NCBI GenBank assembly: GCA_017390195.1
Contig: JAFPCR010000002.1
Span: forward strand, 1-49,651
DNA from: Clostridia bacterium
Lineage (GTDB): Bacteria > Bacillota > Clostridia > Oscillospirales > CAG-272
DNA length: 49,651 bases
Reading direction: 5' to 3'
The position numbers were made by a program, and so were the translations under genes. Below the pieces are notes generated by a model. The model was not told the origin of the DNA, did not search any database, and saw only the letters and a program-made list of their open reading frames with translations. The first letter of the stretch is position 1. The number at the start of each line of letters is the position of its first letter. This document shows positions 18,231 to 28,542 of this stretch, one piece after another.

Positions 18231-21200
18231 CCCAATCCTCCTCGTCTTTTCCTTTTTTGGCTATGTCATTTACATTAAGCGACAGCACCTTTGATATTCC
18301 GTGTTCGGGCATAGTAACTCCGTAAAGCTTGTCTGCCGCTTCCATAGTTCCACGTCTGTGTGTTATAAGTATGAACTGCGTTCCGTCGGAATATCTGCTG
18401 ATATACTGCGAAAAACGTGCAACATTCACTTCGTCGAGTGCCGCTTCTATCTCGTCGAGTATACAGAACGGCGTCGGGTTTACCTGCAATATTGCAAAGA
18501 AAAGAGCTATCGCAACAAAGGACTGCTCTCCTCCTGAAAGCTGCATAAGGTTCTTGATTATCTTTCCGGGAGGTGCCGCCTTTATTTCTATTCCGCTTTC
18601 AAGAACATTATCGGGGTCTGTCAGCGACAACTCGGCACTTCCTCCTCCGAACAGCTCTCCAAAAACACGGTTGAAATTTTCGTTGATCTTGTTGAACGAA
18701 TCAACAAATGCTCCCTTCATCTCGGTCTCAAGCTTATTGATTATCGATACAAGCTCGGATTTAGAGCTTTCAAGGTCTTTGATCTGTGCTGACATATAGT
18801 CGTAACGAGCCTTTACCTCGGCATATTTCTCGACCGCATCGATATCAAAATGCCCGATCGCACGGAGCTTGTTGCGACATTCGGTCTGAACTGCAACTAC
18901 TTCGGAGCGGTTGCTCTCATCCACAGGCGTGTAGCCAAGCTCAAGTGCGTCGTTTCTCGTCATATCGTACTCATCCCAAAGCTTTGAGGAAAGCTTTTCC
19001 TGCTCATCACGCAGTTTTGCCAGCCTTGCCTCGTTCTTTGTATGCTCACGGAAGATAAGCTCCTTTTCGGACATCTTGTCACGCATCTTGGCGTTCATCG
19101 CAGAAAGCTTCTTTTCAAATTCATCTCCGTCAGCCTCAATGGCACTTCTCTGCTCGTTGAGTTGCATAAGGAGCTTCTCGCCCTCTGCCAACCTCTCACG
19201 GTTGTCAGATATGACCGAATTATATTCTTCTATTCTCAAATTCAGCTCGGATATTCTGGTGTCATATCCTGCAAGCTCCTCAGAAATCCTGTTGATTCTG
19301 CTTTGAGATGCTTCAAGCAGGGACTTTTCGGTAGATATGTCCTTTTGGATCTCGCTTATCTTAATATAATTCTCGGTTTTTTCGGTCTCAAGCGAGGCTA
19401 TAGTATCAAGCATTTCATTTCGCTCTATATCCTTTTCGCTTCTTGTCTCCGAAATTTCTTCAATGCGTGTTCTCAGTGACTTTTCGTTCTCTTTGAGGAC
19501 AGTGATATCCTCTTCGTATTTTGCACGCATTTTCTCCAAAGATTCATAGTCAGATCTGAGTTTTTCCAATAAGGTATTGTTTGCGTCGGATTTTGCTTTA
19601 AGCTGTTCCATTCCGCTCGCTTCCGAATTTCTCAATACCTCGATCAGCTCTCTGCGATCCTGTGCGGAAAATTTCTCGTCGTCTATCTCTTCTATTTCTT
19701 TTTCATACTTTTTGAGTTCTTTTTCAAGCTTGGTTATATCAGACGCAAGTGCTTCTGCCTCCGCTTCAAGACGTTTTATCTCTCCGCTCCTACCGAGAAT
19801 GCCTGAATTGTTGCTCTTTACAGAACCACCTGTGAACGAACCTCCGACGTTTATCTGTTGTCCGTCAAGCGTTACCACTTTTACACGGTATTTCAGGCTC
19901 TTACTCATTTCGGTTGCGTTTTCGATGTTGTCAAAGACCAGCGTACGACCAAGAAGCGACCCGATTATTTTTTTGAATTTTGGATCGGACTCGACAAGCT
20001 CTGCCGCAACAGATATGTATCCACGGTAATTTACCGCCTCTTCCATTTCCTTTGTGACAGTCTGTGCCGTCATAGACGTAACGGGAAGAAATGTGGTACG
20101 ACCTGCCTCGGCACGTTTTAAGCAATACATTGCCGCTTTTGCGGTCGATTCGTCCTCGACAACTATATGCTGAAGGCTCTGACCAAATGCGGTCTCGATA
20201 GCGGTAACGTACTTGTCTTCAACAGATATGAGCTTTGAAAGAGGACCGTATATCGTCTTACACGGAGAACCCGACCTGTCGGTTATCTTACCCTCTTTGT
20301 ATGCGTTCATTACATAACGCACACTTCCCGCATAACCCTCAAGCTGTTCCTCCATAGTCTTTATGGTGGACATCCTCTGGTTAAGCGAATCTCGACGCAG
20401 ACTGAGATTTGATATCTCCTTCGTCAGCTCGTCTGCTCTTTCGTTGAGCGAATCGAGCTTATCCATGCAGGAATCTATCGTTTCTGCGGCTTTAGCGATC
20501 TCTTTATCATAACCATCGACTGCCGACTGCTTCACCGAAATTTGTTTGACGTAGTCCTCGGTCAAGGCTTCGTATTTTGATATCTCATCAAGGATCGAAC
20601 GGTTCTTGTCCGAATCTCCGACACGTGCATTCTCAATAACCGAGATACGTACCTTGATGTCGGTCTCCTCTTTTTCAAGTTCATGTATATCATTCAACGC
20701 CTCAGCGATGCAATCGTCAAGCACTGCCGCCTTTTTACGTTGCTCATCTATCTTGTCGTCGATCTCTTTTTGGCTCGTACTCAATTCCTCGAGCTTCTTT
20801 TGAGAAGCATCTATGTTTGCGAGTCTTTGTTCGCACAGAAGCTTTTCTTCATCGGCACTGCGAGAAGAACTGCCCTTTGAGTTCTCTGCGTTTTCTATCA
20901 GATCCTTGGTATGTTCAATGTTGCTGACAGCTATCCTGTATTCGCTGTCAAGACGGTGATTTTCGTCCGAGCATTTCTGTATCTCACCAAGCAGACGTGT
21001 TGACTCCTGCTTGTTGCTTTGAGATGCCGCAAAGAGCTTTTCATTCTGCTGTTCCATAGCTCTTATGGAATCCTCTGCGTTCTGCAATTCAAACGAGGAG
21101 TGATTGAGATTTTCCTGTGCAGAGCCAAGCTCAACACGCAATTTCTCGGTGTCGTAGAGCCAAATTCCTACATCCGCTCTCTTTTTGCGGTCGAGCAGGT

Positions 21201-21873
21201 CGATCGCTTTTTTTGCCTTTTCGGCATCCTTTTCGAGCGTTCCTACCTGTGATTCGACCTCTGTAAATATGTCGAGAATGCGTGTCATATTGTCCTCGGT
21301 CTGCTGAAGCTTTCGTTCAGCCTCCGACTTCTTATGACGGAATTTTGCTATTCCCGAGGCGTCCTCGAAAATACTGCGTCTTTCATCGCTCTTTCTTGAG
21401 ATTATCTCGGCGATCCTTCCCTGTCCAATGATAGAATATCCGTCACGGCCGATACCTGTATTCATAAACAGCTCGTATATGTCCTTGAGTCTTACCGCAC
21501 GTCTGTTGATAAAATATTCGCTCTCTCCCGCACGGTAATAACGTCTTGTAACAGTTACCTCGTCATAAGGGCAGTCAAGTCTGTTTTCCTTGTCACGGTT
21601 GTCAAAGGTCACAGAGACCTCGGCATATCCCATGGGCTTACGGCTGTCAGCTCCTCCGAAAATAACATCTTCCATCTTGGAGCCACGCAGATTCTTCGAT
21701 GATATCTCTCCGAGAACCCATCGCATAGCATCGGAAATATTCGATTTTCCACTTCCGTTAGGACCGACGATAACGGTTACTCCGCTCCCGTCCTTCGCAG
21801 AATTTTCAAAAGAAAGTCCCGTTTTATCGGGAAAGGACTTAAATCCCTGCATTTCCAATGATTTTAAGTACAT
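18214..21873 (-). CDS. smc: chromosome segregation protein SMC
   Basis: 1219 aa. N-terminal GPNGSGKSN Walker A, long coiled coils, a hinge, and C-terminal LSGGE signature plus Walker B (ILDEIEAALD). Confidence 0.96.
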   Translation of the reverse strand: MYLKSLEMQGFKSFPDKTGLSFENSAKDGSGVTVIVGPNGSGKSNISDAMRWVLGEISSKNLRGSKMEDVIFGGADSRKPMGYAEVSVTFDNRDKENRLDCPYDEVTVTRRYYRAGESEYFINRRAVRLKDIYELFMNTGIGRDGYSIIGQGRIAEIISRKSDERRSIFEDASGIAKFRHKKSEAERKLQQTEDNMTRILDIFTEVESQVGTLEKDAEKAKKAIDLLDRKKRADVGIWLYDTEKLRVELGSAQENLNHSSFELQNAEDSIRAMEQQNEKLFAASQSNKQESTRLLGEIQKCSDENHRLDSEYRIAVSNIEHTKDLIENAENSKGSSSRSADEEKLLCEQRLANIDASQKKLEELSTSQKEIDDKIDEQRKKAAVLDDCIAEALNDIHELEKEETDIKVRISVIENARVGDSDKNRSILDEISKYEALTEDYVKQISVKQSAVDGYDKEIAKAAETIDSCMDKLDSLNERADELTKEISNLSLRRDSLNQRMSTIKTMEEQLEGYAGSVRYVMNAYKEGKITDRSGSPCKTIYGPLSKLISVEDKYVTAIETAFGQSLQHIVVEDESTAKAAMYCLKRAEAGRTTFLPVTSMTAQTVTKEMEEAVNYRGYISVAAELVESDPKFKKIIGSLLGRTLVFDNIENATEMSKSLKYRVKVVTLDGQQINVGGSFTGGSVKSNNSGILGRSGEIKRLEAEAEALASDITKLEKELKKYEKEIEEIDDEKFSAQDRRELIEVLRNSEASGMEQLKAKSDANNTLLEKLRSDYESLEKMRAKYEEDITVLKENEKSLRTRIEEISETRSEKDIERNEMLDTIASLETEKTENYIKISEIQKDISTEKSLLEASQSRINRISEELAGYDTRISELNLRIEEYNSVISDNRERLAEGEKLLMQLNEQRSAIEADGDEFEKKLSAMNAKMRDKMSEKELIFREHTKNEARLAKLRDEQEKLSSKLWDEYDMTRNDALELGYTPVDESNRSEVVAVQTECRNKLRAIGHFDIDAVEKYAEVKARYDYMSAQIKDLESSKSELVSIINKLETEMKGAFVDSFNKINENFNRVFGELFGGGSAELSLTDPDNVLESGIEIKAAPPGKIIKNLMQLSGGEQSFVAIALFFAILQVNPTPFCILDEIEAALDEVNVARFSQYISRYSDGTQFILITHRRGTMEAADKLYGVTMPEHGISKVLSLNVNDIAKKGKDEEDWDGIFG

Positions 21874-21897
21874 AACTACCTCGCTTACGTTGGATTG

Positions 21898-22926
21898 TTA
21901 TTCTGTGTATGTTTGTTTCTGTATATATGTGACCGACAGAGTATCGGTATCGCACTCTTTGAATTTGAGTTTTTTTATACCGAACTCCTCACAAAGCCTT
22001 TTTGCGTTCCTTCTGTGCTGTCCCACCGCTTTTGACATCTCTCCGTGTCCAATATTGACGACGACCTCTCCGTCGGGGCAATTCACGCCGTCATGCAGCA
22101 TTATACTACGTATTCTGTCATAAAAGAGTTCGCCCATGACCAACTCTCCAAGTGCGGCATGATTAGGTCCTGCGTACACCGCCTCGTCAGACGCCAAATT
22201 CTCAGACGAACAGAGTCCCACTCTTATACATTTAACATTGTTATCTTCAAAAATACGCAAGACATTCTTTGAACGTCTTATCGCATCATCCAAAGAGATC
22301 GGTGTATATTCTCCGCTCTCTGCCATACGGCAAAGCTCGGTCTCATAAAACACGACTGTCGGATATATCCTTGCACCTAAAGCACCCAGCTCACATATCC
22401 TCTTTGCCGTGTAAAGCTCACTCTCCTCGTCAGCATCGGGCAAGCCTATCATCATCTGACCAACAAGCTCAAAGCCGTGTTCGACGATCATACGGCAAGC
22501 CCTCTCGGCATCATCTGCGGTATGTCCTCTGCGGCAAGCAGAAAGAACCCTGTCATTCATGCTTTGAAGTCCAAGCTCTATCGTATTCATTTTATATTTT
22601 TTGAGAATACCGAGTATCTCTTCGTTTATGTAATCGGGGCGGGTCGAGCAACGAAGTGCCTTTACCCGTCCGTCATCAATATATTTCCTCGCTAATTCGA
22701 GCAAATAGATCATACTGTCACGGTCAATTCCCGTAAAAGAGCCTCCGAAAAAGGCGATCTCTGCATAGTCCCCATCATTGAGCGTCGCAACCGCCCTTTC
22801 AAGCTCAAGTGCTACTGATTCGGGAACAAATTTGTTCTTTCCCGATATCGAACGCTGATTGCAGAAAACGCAAGCATTCGGGCAACCGAGATGCGGAATA
22901 AAGATCGGAATGTTTTTATGTGCCAT
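21898..22926 (-). CDS. radical SAM protein (ELP3/HemN-like family, function unknown)
   Basis: CPNACVFCNQ (CxxxCxxC) near the N-terminus. 342 aa. It sits between rnc and smc. Confidence 0.8.
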   Translation of the reverse strand: MAHKNIPIFIPHLGCPNACVFCNQRSISGKNKFVPESVALELERAVATLNDGDYAEIAFFGGSFTGIDRDSMIYLLELARKYIDDGRVKALRCSTRPDYINEEILGILKKYKMNTIELGLQSMNDRVLSACRRGHTADDAERACRMIVEHGFELVGQMMIGLPDADEESELYTAKRICELGALGARIYPTVVFYETELCRMAESGEYTPISLDDAIRRSKNVLRIFEDNNVKCIRVGLCSSENLASDEAVYAGPNHAALGELVMGELFYDRIRSIMLHDGVNCPDGEVVVNIGHGEMSKAVGQHRRNAKRLCEEFGIKKLKFKECDTDTLSVTYIQKQTYTE

Positions 22927-22947
22927 ATTTCCTTTGCCTTTGAAAGA

Positions 22948-23676
22948 TCACATTTCGACTCCGAACAATTCTATTGCTGCTTTTGCGGCATTCTGTTCGG
23001 CTTCACGTTTGCTCTTTCCGCTGCCTTTTCCTATCACGTTTGAGTTAAGTCTTGCCTCAACATCAAATCTCTTTTGATGATCTGGACCCGATTCTCCGAC
23101 TATGATATATTCGAGAAAATCTCCCTCTGTCTGCTGAACGAACTGTTGGAGAGCCGTTTTATAGTCACCCGAAACCGTCTTGTGTATCTCAAGCTCGTTT
23201 GTCTCGGCTATGATAAACGGCAACAAAAATTCTCTTACTCTTTCCTTGTCCATACCGCTGTCGATATACATAGAGGCAAGCAACGCCTCAAAGGCATCGG
23301 CTATTGCAGAAGGTCTTGTCCTTCCGTTGTTCTTCTCCTCGCCATTACCGAGAAGAAGATATTTGCCAAGCCCTATCTTCCTTGCGTATTTTGCACACGC
23401 CCTCTCGCACACGACCTCGGCACGTATCTTTGTGAGATCGCCCTCGGGTCTGTCCGAAAAATGCAGGAACAGGTACTCCGACGTTATAATGGAAAGGACA
23501 GAATCTCCGAGGAACTCAAGCCTCTCGTTGCAGTTCAGCTTTATATGCCTTGACGCCATTTCGTGAGAGTATGATGAATGTGTCAGTGCCTCACGCAACA
23601 GTTCTATATTGTTGTATTTATATCCTATGATATCTTCAAGTCTCTTTATAGAGACTTCCTGTCCGTCAAGCCCCAT
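22948..23676 (-). CDS. rnc: ribonuclease III
   Basis: ALTHSSY and ERLEFLGDSVL signature, plus a C-terminal dsRBD (GSGKSKREAEQNAA). Confidence 0.95.
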   Translation of the reverse strand: MGLDGQEVSIKRLEDIIGYKYNNIELLREALTHSSYSHEMASRHIKLNCNERLEFLGDSVLSIITSEYLFLHFSDRPEGDLTKIRAEVVCERACAKYARKIGLGKYLLLGNGEEKNNGRTRPSAIADAFEALLASMYIDSGMDKERVREFLLPFIIAETNELEIHKTVSGDYKTALQQFVQQTEGDFLEYIIVGESGPDHQKRFDVEARLNSNVIGKGSGKSKREAEQNAAKAAIELFGVEM

Positions 23677-23707
23677 AACATTTCCTTTCTTTCGTCTTTG
23701 TATTTGA

Positions 23708-24709
23708 TCATTTATTAGGTCCGAATGCCTCAGACTCCTTAGCTATTTCATAGATAACGCCCGTATCGTAATAATGCACAGCCTGTCTTATGGCATTTTT
23801 GAATGCCTTTGCATTTGATGAGCCGTGTGCTTTGATGACCGGCTTCGAGATACCGAGCAGAGGTGCTCCGCCGTGTTCGGTAGAGTCGTAATCATGCTTC
23901 ATCTCCATAAGCTGCTCACTGACAAGTATGGCAGAAAGCCTGGCCCTTGTATTTGAATTGAATATCTGCTTCATTCTGCTAAGCATCATTTTTCCGACGC
24001 CCTCTATGGACTTTATGGTTATGTTTCCGGTAAATCCGTCGCACACCAACACGTCACACGCATCAAAGGGGATCGCACTTCCCTCCACATTTCCGACGAA
24101 GTTGATGCTTTGACAGTCCATAAGACGTTTGTAAGCCTCGATCTGAAGGGGAGTTCCCTTGCATGCCTCAGTTCCGTTATTGAGCAGACCTACACGGGGC
24201 ATATCAATGCCGTAGACCTTTTTCATATATATCGAGCCCATAATTGCAAACTGTTCAAGGTAGTCCTCTGTTACGGTAACATTTGCACCCGAGTCAAGCA
24301 AAAGCACGGGAGGCTGCATTGGAAGAACACTTGCTATCGCCGCTCTTTGAATACCTCTTATCTTACGGACGATAAGTGTCGCTCCGGTAAACAATGCTCC
24401 TGTGTTTCCCGCAGAAACAAAGGCATCACCCTTATCCTCGGCAAGCAGCTTCAGCCCGACACCCATAGATGTGTTTTTCTTTGCACGTACGATCGAGAGA
24501 GGGTCATCTTCCATTGTAATTACCTCATCGGTATGTACGATGTCAAATCTTCTTATATCAAAACCGTTTTCGTTAGCGATGCGACGTATCTTGCCCTCAT
24601 TTCCGACAAGCGTAAAATTTGCAGTCACTTCCTTTGACGCAAGGCAAACGCCCTTTATCATCTCAAAGGGTGCATTATCGCCGCTCATAACATCAACAAT
24701 AATTTCCAT
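23708..24709 (-). CDS. plsX: phosphate acyltransferase PlsX
   Basis: VDVMSGDNAP, NTGA, and LLG..KPVIKAHGSS motifs. 333 aa. Confidence 0.93.
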   Translation of the reverse strand: MEIIVDVMSGDNAPFEMIKGVCLASKEVTANFTLVGNEGKIRRIANENGFDIRRFDIVHTDEVITMEDDPLSIVRAKKNTSMGVGLKLLAEDKGDAFVSAGNTGALFTGATLIVRKIRGIQRAAIASVLPMQPPVLLLDSGANVTVTEDYLEQFAIMGSIYMKKVYGIDMPRVGLLNNGTEACKGTPLQIEAYKRLMDCQSINFVGNVEGSAIPFDACDVLVCDGFTGNITIKSIEGVGKMMLSRMKQIFNSNTRARLSAILVSEQLMEMKHDYDSTEHGGAPLLGISKPVIKAHGSSNAKAFKNAIRQAVHYYDTGVIYEIAKESEAFGPNK

Positions 24710-24779
24710 TTAAATCTCCATTCCGCCGCAAGCGGCACAAATAGTAATCAATGAATCTTTATAAATCTAATCTGATACC

Positions 24780-26108
24780 TCAAAGCTTATCCTTTATACC
24801 GTCAATAATACCGAGCGAACGCTCAGCGACTACTGTATATTTTGCGATCTTACCGCCCTTGACACGGTATCCGAGCGGCTCGACGATCCCGAAATTGGCA
24901 TTCATCGGAACGAACTTACCCGTTCCTCCTCGGCTCACGTAATGAGCCATAGCTCCTATCATGGTTTCAGGTGGGAAAACGATCTCGTCTTCTCCAAGCA
25001 CACGTCTTGCCGCATTAAGTCCTGCGACAAATCCCGAGCCTGCCGATTCGACATATCCCTCAACTCCTGTTATCTGTCCTGCAAAGAAAACATTCGGACG
25101 GTCGTTCATGGAATACACCGTCGAAAGCAAGCCCGGAGAGTTGAGATATGTATTTCTGTGCATCACTCCGTAACGCAAAAACTGTGCGTTTTCAAGTCCT
25201 GGAATGAGGCTGAACACTCTTTTCTGCTCAGGGAACGTCAAATGCGTCTGAAATCCTACAAGATTGTACATCGTACCCTCTTTGTTTTCTTTACGCAGCT
25301 GGACGACAGCGTAAGCCTCCTTGCCGACACGTTTATCAATAAGTCCTACGGGCTTGAGCGGTCCGAACAGCAGCGTATCGTGACCTCTTTTTGCCATGAC
25401 CTCAACGGGCATACAGCCCTCAAACACTGTCAGATCCTTTTGAGATTCTCGGTCGAACTCTTTCAGCTCGGCTTCTTTTGCCCCAATAAGTGCCTCATAG
25501 AATCTATTGTACTGCTCCTCTGTCATCGGGCAATTGATATAATCGGCATCTCCCTTGTCGTATCTTGACGCAAAAAATGCGATGTCCATATTTATGCTCG
25601 AATAGTCGACTATCGGAGCGGCAGCATCAAAAAAGTGTAAGCCCGAACAGCCGAGATCCTTTTCGATATACTCAGCCATTCTGTCAGAGGTAAGGGGTCC
25701 TGTCGCAACGACAGTGACCGTATCCTCGTCTATATTGTACACCTCTGCCTCAACAATTTCAATATTTTTATGGTTTTTAATTTTATCGGTAATATAGGAT
25801 GAAAAGAGTTTTCTGTCCACAGCCAACGCCGAGCCTGCCGGCACTCTGGTCTCGTGTGCCGCTTCCATTATGAGAGAACCCATACGCAGCATTTCCTCTT
25901 TGAGCAGACCGACAGCATTCGTTATGCTGTCAGAACGCAGAGAGTTTGAGCATACAAGCTCCGCAAAATCACTTGAATGGTGGGCCGGCGTATATTTTTC
26001 GGGCTTCATTTCGAAAAGCCTGACCGAAACTCCTTTTTGAGCCGCTTGCCATGCCGCTTCACAGCCTGCAAGTCCCGCTCCGTACACATTTATTATTTTA
26101 TCTTTCAT
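24780..26108 (-). CDS. trmFO: methylenetetrahydrofolate--tRNA-(uracil-5)-methyltransferase TrmFO
   Basis: GAGLAGCEAAWQ FAD-binding motif, FFAGQITGVEGYVES. 442 aa. It lies downstream of topA as in Bacillus. Confidence 0.94.
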   Translation of the reverse strand: MKDKIINVYGAGLAGCEAAWQAAQKGVSVRLFEMKPEKYTPAHHSSDFAELVCSNSLRSDSITNAVGLLKEEMLRMGSLIMEAAHETRVPAGSALAVDRKLFSSYITDKIKNHKNIEIVEAEVYNIDEDTVTVVATGPLTSDRMAEYIEKDLGCSGLHFFDAAAPIVDYSSINMDIAFFASRYDKGDADYINCPMTEEQYNRFYEALIGAKEAELKEFDRESQKDLTVFEGCMPVEVMAKRGHDTLLFGPLKPVGLIDKRVGKEAYAVVQLRKENKEGTMYNLVGFQTHLTFPEQKRVFSLIPGLENAQFLRYGVMHRNTYLNSPGLLSTVYSMNDRPNVFFAGQITGVEGYVESAGSGFVAGLNAARRVLGEDEIVFPPETMIGAMAHYVSRGGTGKFVPMNANFGIVEPLGYRVKGGKIAKYTVVAERSLGIIDGIKDKL

Positions 26109-26170
26109 TTCTTATATCCGTGACTTTTGTTTGTCAAAAGCATCCTTTTTCAAAAGCAGACCTTTGCTGA

Positions 26171-28519
26171 TCACTCATTACTGTTCTGTGTCGCATCCTC
26201 TGCTTCACGTGTATATCCACATTCCTTGTCGTGGCAAACTATAAGATTCTTTGCTTTCTTGCGGAACAGCATCTTATTGCACTTCGGGCATTTTTCGTCA
26301 AGCGGCATATCCCATGTTGAAAAATCGCACTCGGGATAACCTTCACAGCTGTAAAACACCGCTTTGTTACGTCCGGATTTTACGATTATCTTCTTCCCGC
26401 ACTTGGGACAAGAAACTCCGGTATCCTTTACCTTCTGCTTGGTAAACTTACACTTGGGGTAATTTGCACAAGCATAGAAGCTTCCGTATTTACCCGAACG
26501 AAGCACCATGTCTCCTCCGCATTTCTCGCATTTGAAATCTGCGACGGCAGGTTGTTTCTGATCCTCTTTTGCTGAATTTTCGCCGTTTCGATCCTCTGCA
26601 TTCGACGTCTCTGATGTTTCAATATCGCTATCATCTGCATTCTTCGCCGCAAGCGGTTTTGTGTTACGGCATTGAGGATAGTTCGGACAAGCGGCAAACT
26701 TACCGTATCTTCCCTCTTTTACTATCATCCTCGCTCCGCATTTCTCGCAGACCATATCAGTCTCCTCAGCAGGCAGATGTACGGCAATGGAATCCATCTT
26801 CTCTGTCGCCTCTTCGAGTTCTTTGGAAAATCCCGACCAGAATTCTCTCAAAACATCAAGCATAGTAGCATTTCCCGATGCTATATCATCGAGTTCATTT
26901 TCCATGTTTGCAGTGAATGTGTCGTCAACTATATCTTTAAATGTCTGGCATATAACGCCGTTTGTTATCTCTCCCAAATTGGTTGGAACAAGTGACTTTC
27001 CGTCACGGCCTACATATCCGTGCTTTATTATCGTAGATATGATAGTCGTGTATGTGCTGGGTCGTCCTATCCCCTTATCCTCAAGCAATTTGATAAGCGA
27101 TGCTTCATTGAATCTTGCAGGCGGTTCTGTAAAATGCTTCTCCGGGTCTATCGAACAGGGCGAGAGCATCTGTCCCTCGGTCATATCGGGAAGATTTATA
27201 TTCTTCTCCTCGGAGAGGTCGTCTCCGTTCTTGCGAGATTCATCCTCAAGCTCCTCGTATACAGCCATATATCCCTTGAATGCAACGGTAAATCCACTTG
27301 TTCTGAAAACATATCCGCTTACATCAAAGTCAACCGTAAGAGTATTCAATGTCGCCGACTGCATTTGGCTTGCAACGAATCTCTTCCATATGATATTGTA
27401 AAGCTTGAACTGATCTGCCGTAAGCATTTTTTTGATCTTCTGAGGTTCAAGGTCAACTCTTGCGGGACGTATAGCTTCGTGTGCGTCCTGTGCGTTTCCT
27501 TTTGCCTTGAATACTCTCGTGCTTGACGGATAATATTCCTTTCCGTAATGCGAAATGATAAATTCCTTTGCCGCTTCCTGTGCCTCGTTTGATATACGGA
27601 GAGAGTCTGTTCTCATATATGTTATAAGACCCTGCGTTCCTCCGAACTCCGAGCCGAGGTTTATTCCCTCATAAAGAGCCTGGGCTATCTCCATCGTCTT
27701 TGACGAACGGAATCCGAGGCGGCGTGATGCCTCCTGCTGCAAGGTAGATGTTATAAAGGGTGGTGCAGGCGTTTTCTTTCTTGTAGAACGCTTGATCGAA
27801 CTTACGGAAAATTTCTTTCCATCTATTGCATCAAGGACCTTCTGTGCATCGCCCTCGTTTGAAAGCTTTATCTTGCCCTTTTTATCGCCGTAGAAATGAA
27901 CCGCAAAGGTCTTTCCCTCGTCTGTTGCAAGTGTTGCGTCAATGGTCCAATATTCTGCGGGAACGAAATCACGGATCTCCTGCTCTCTGTCCACGATAAT
28001 ACGAACAGCGATCGACTGAACTCTTCCTGCCGCAAGTCTCGGTTTAACGGTCTTCCAAAGGATCGGGCTTATCTTATATCCGACAAGTCTGTCAAGTATA
28101 CGGCGTGTCTGCTGAGCGTCAACCAAGTTCATATCTATATGTCTCGGCTCTTTTATCGACGCTTTGACCGCATTTTTTGTTATCTCGTTAAATGTTACAC
28201 GCAAAGTCTTATCGACAGGGATTCCGAGAATATTTGCAAGATGCCACGAGATCGCTTCTCCCTCTCGGTCCAAGTCAGTCGCAAGGTATATCTTACCTGC
28301 GTTCTTCGCTTCCTTTTTTATCTCCTTTATTATGTCACCGTATCCACGTTTATTGATATAGCGTGGAGCGAAATCATTTTCAACATCAACTCCCATAGTA
28401 CTTTCGGGAAGATCACGGAAATGTCCCTTAGATGCGATGACCTTATAGTTTGAACCAAGGTATCCCTTGATAGTACTTGCCTTTGAAGGAGACTCAACTA
28501 TTACCAGATTGGTTGCCAT
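26171..28519 (-). CDS. topA: DNA topoisomerase I
   Basis: TOPRIM start (LVIVESPSKA), DLDREGE, and the active-site region YMRTDS. The C-terminal region has four Cys4-type zinc ribbons (CEKCG..CPNYPQC, CEKCG..CANYPKC, CPKCG..CEGYPEC, CPKCN..CHDKEC). Confidence 0.96.
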   Translation of the reverse strand: MATNLVIVESPSKASTIKGYLGSNYKVIASKGHFRDLPESTMGVDVENDFAPRYINKRGYGDIIKEIKKEAKNAGKIYLATDLDREGEAISWHLANILGIPVDKTLRVTFNEITKNAVKASIKEPRHIDMNLVDAQQTRRILDRLVGYKISPILWKTVKPRLAAGRVQSIAVRIIVDREQEIRDFVPAEYWTIDATLATDEGKTFAVHFYGDKKGKIKLSNEGDAQKVLDAIDGKKFSVSSIKRSTRKKTPAPPFITSTLQQEASRRLGFRSSKTMEIAQALYEGINLGSEFGGTQGLITYMRTDSLRISNEAQEAAKEFIISHYGKEYYPSSTRVFKAKGNAQDAHEAIRPARVDLEPQKIKKMLTADQFKLYNIIWKRFVASQMQSATLNTLTVDFDVSGYVFRTSGFTVAFKGYMAVYEELEDESRKNGDDLSEEKNINLPDMTEGQMLSPCSIDPEKHFTEPPARFNEASLIKLLEDKGIGRPSTYTTIISTIIKHGYVGRDGKSLVPTNLGEITNGVICQTFKDIVDDTFTANMENELDDIASGNATMLDVLREFWSGFSKELEEATEKMDSIAVHLPAEETDMVCEKCGARMIVKEGRYGKFAACPNYPQCRNTKPLAAKNADDSDIETSETSNAEDRNGENSAKEDQKQPAVADFKCEKCGGDMVLRSGKYGSFYACANYPKCKFTKQKVKDTGVSCPKCGKKIIVKSGRNKAVFYSCEGYPECDFSTWDMPLDEKCPKCNKMLFRKKAKNLIVCHDKECGYTREAEDATQNSNE

Positions 28520-28542
28520 TAGATTAACCTTCCTTTTTATAT

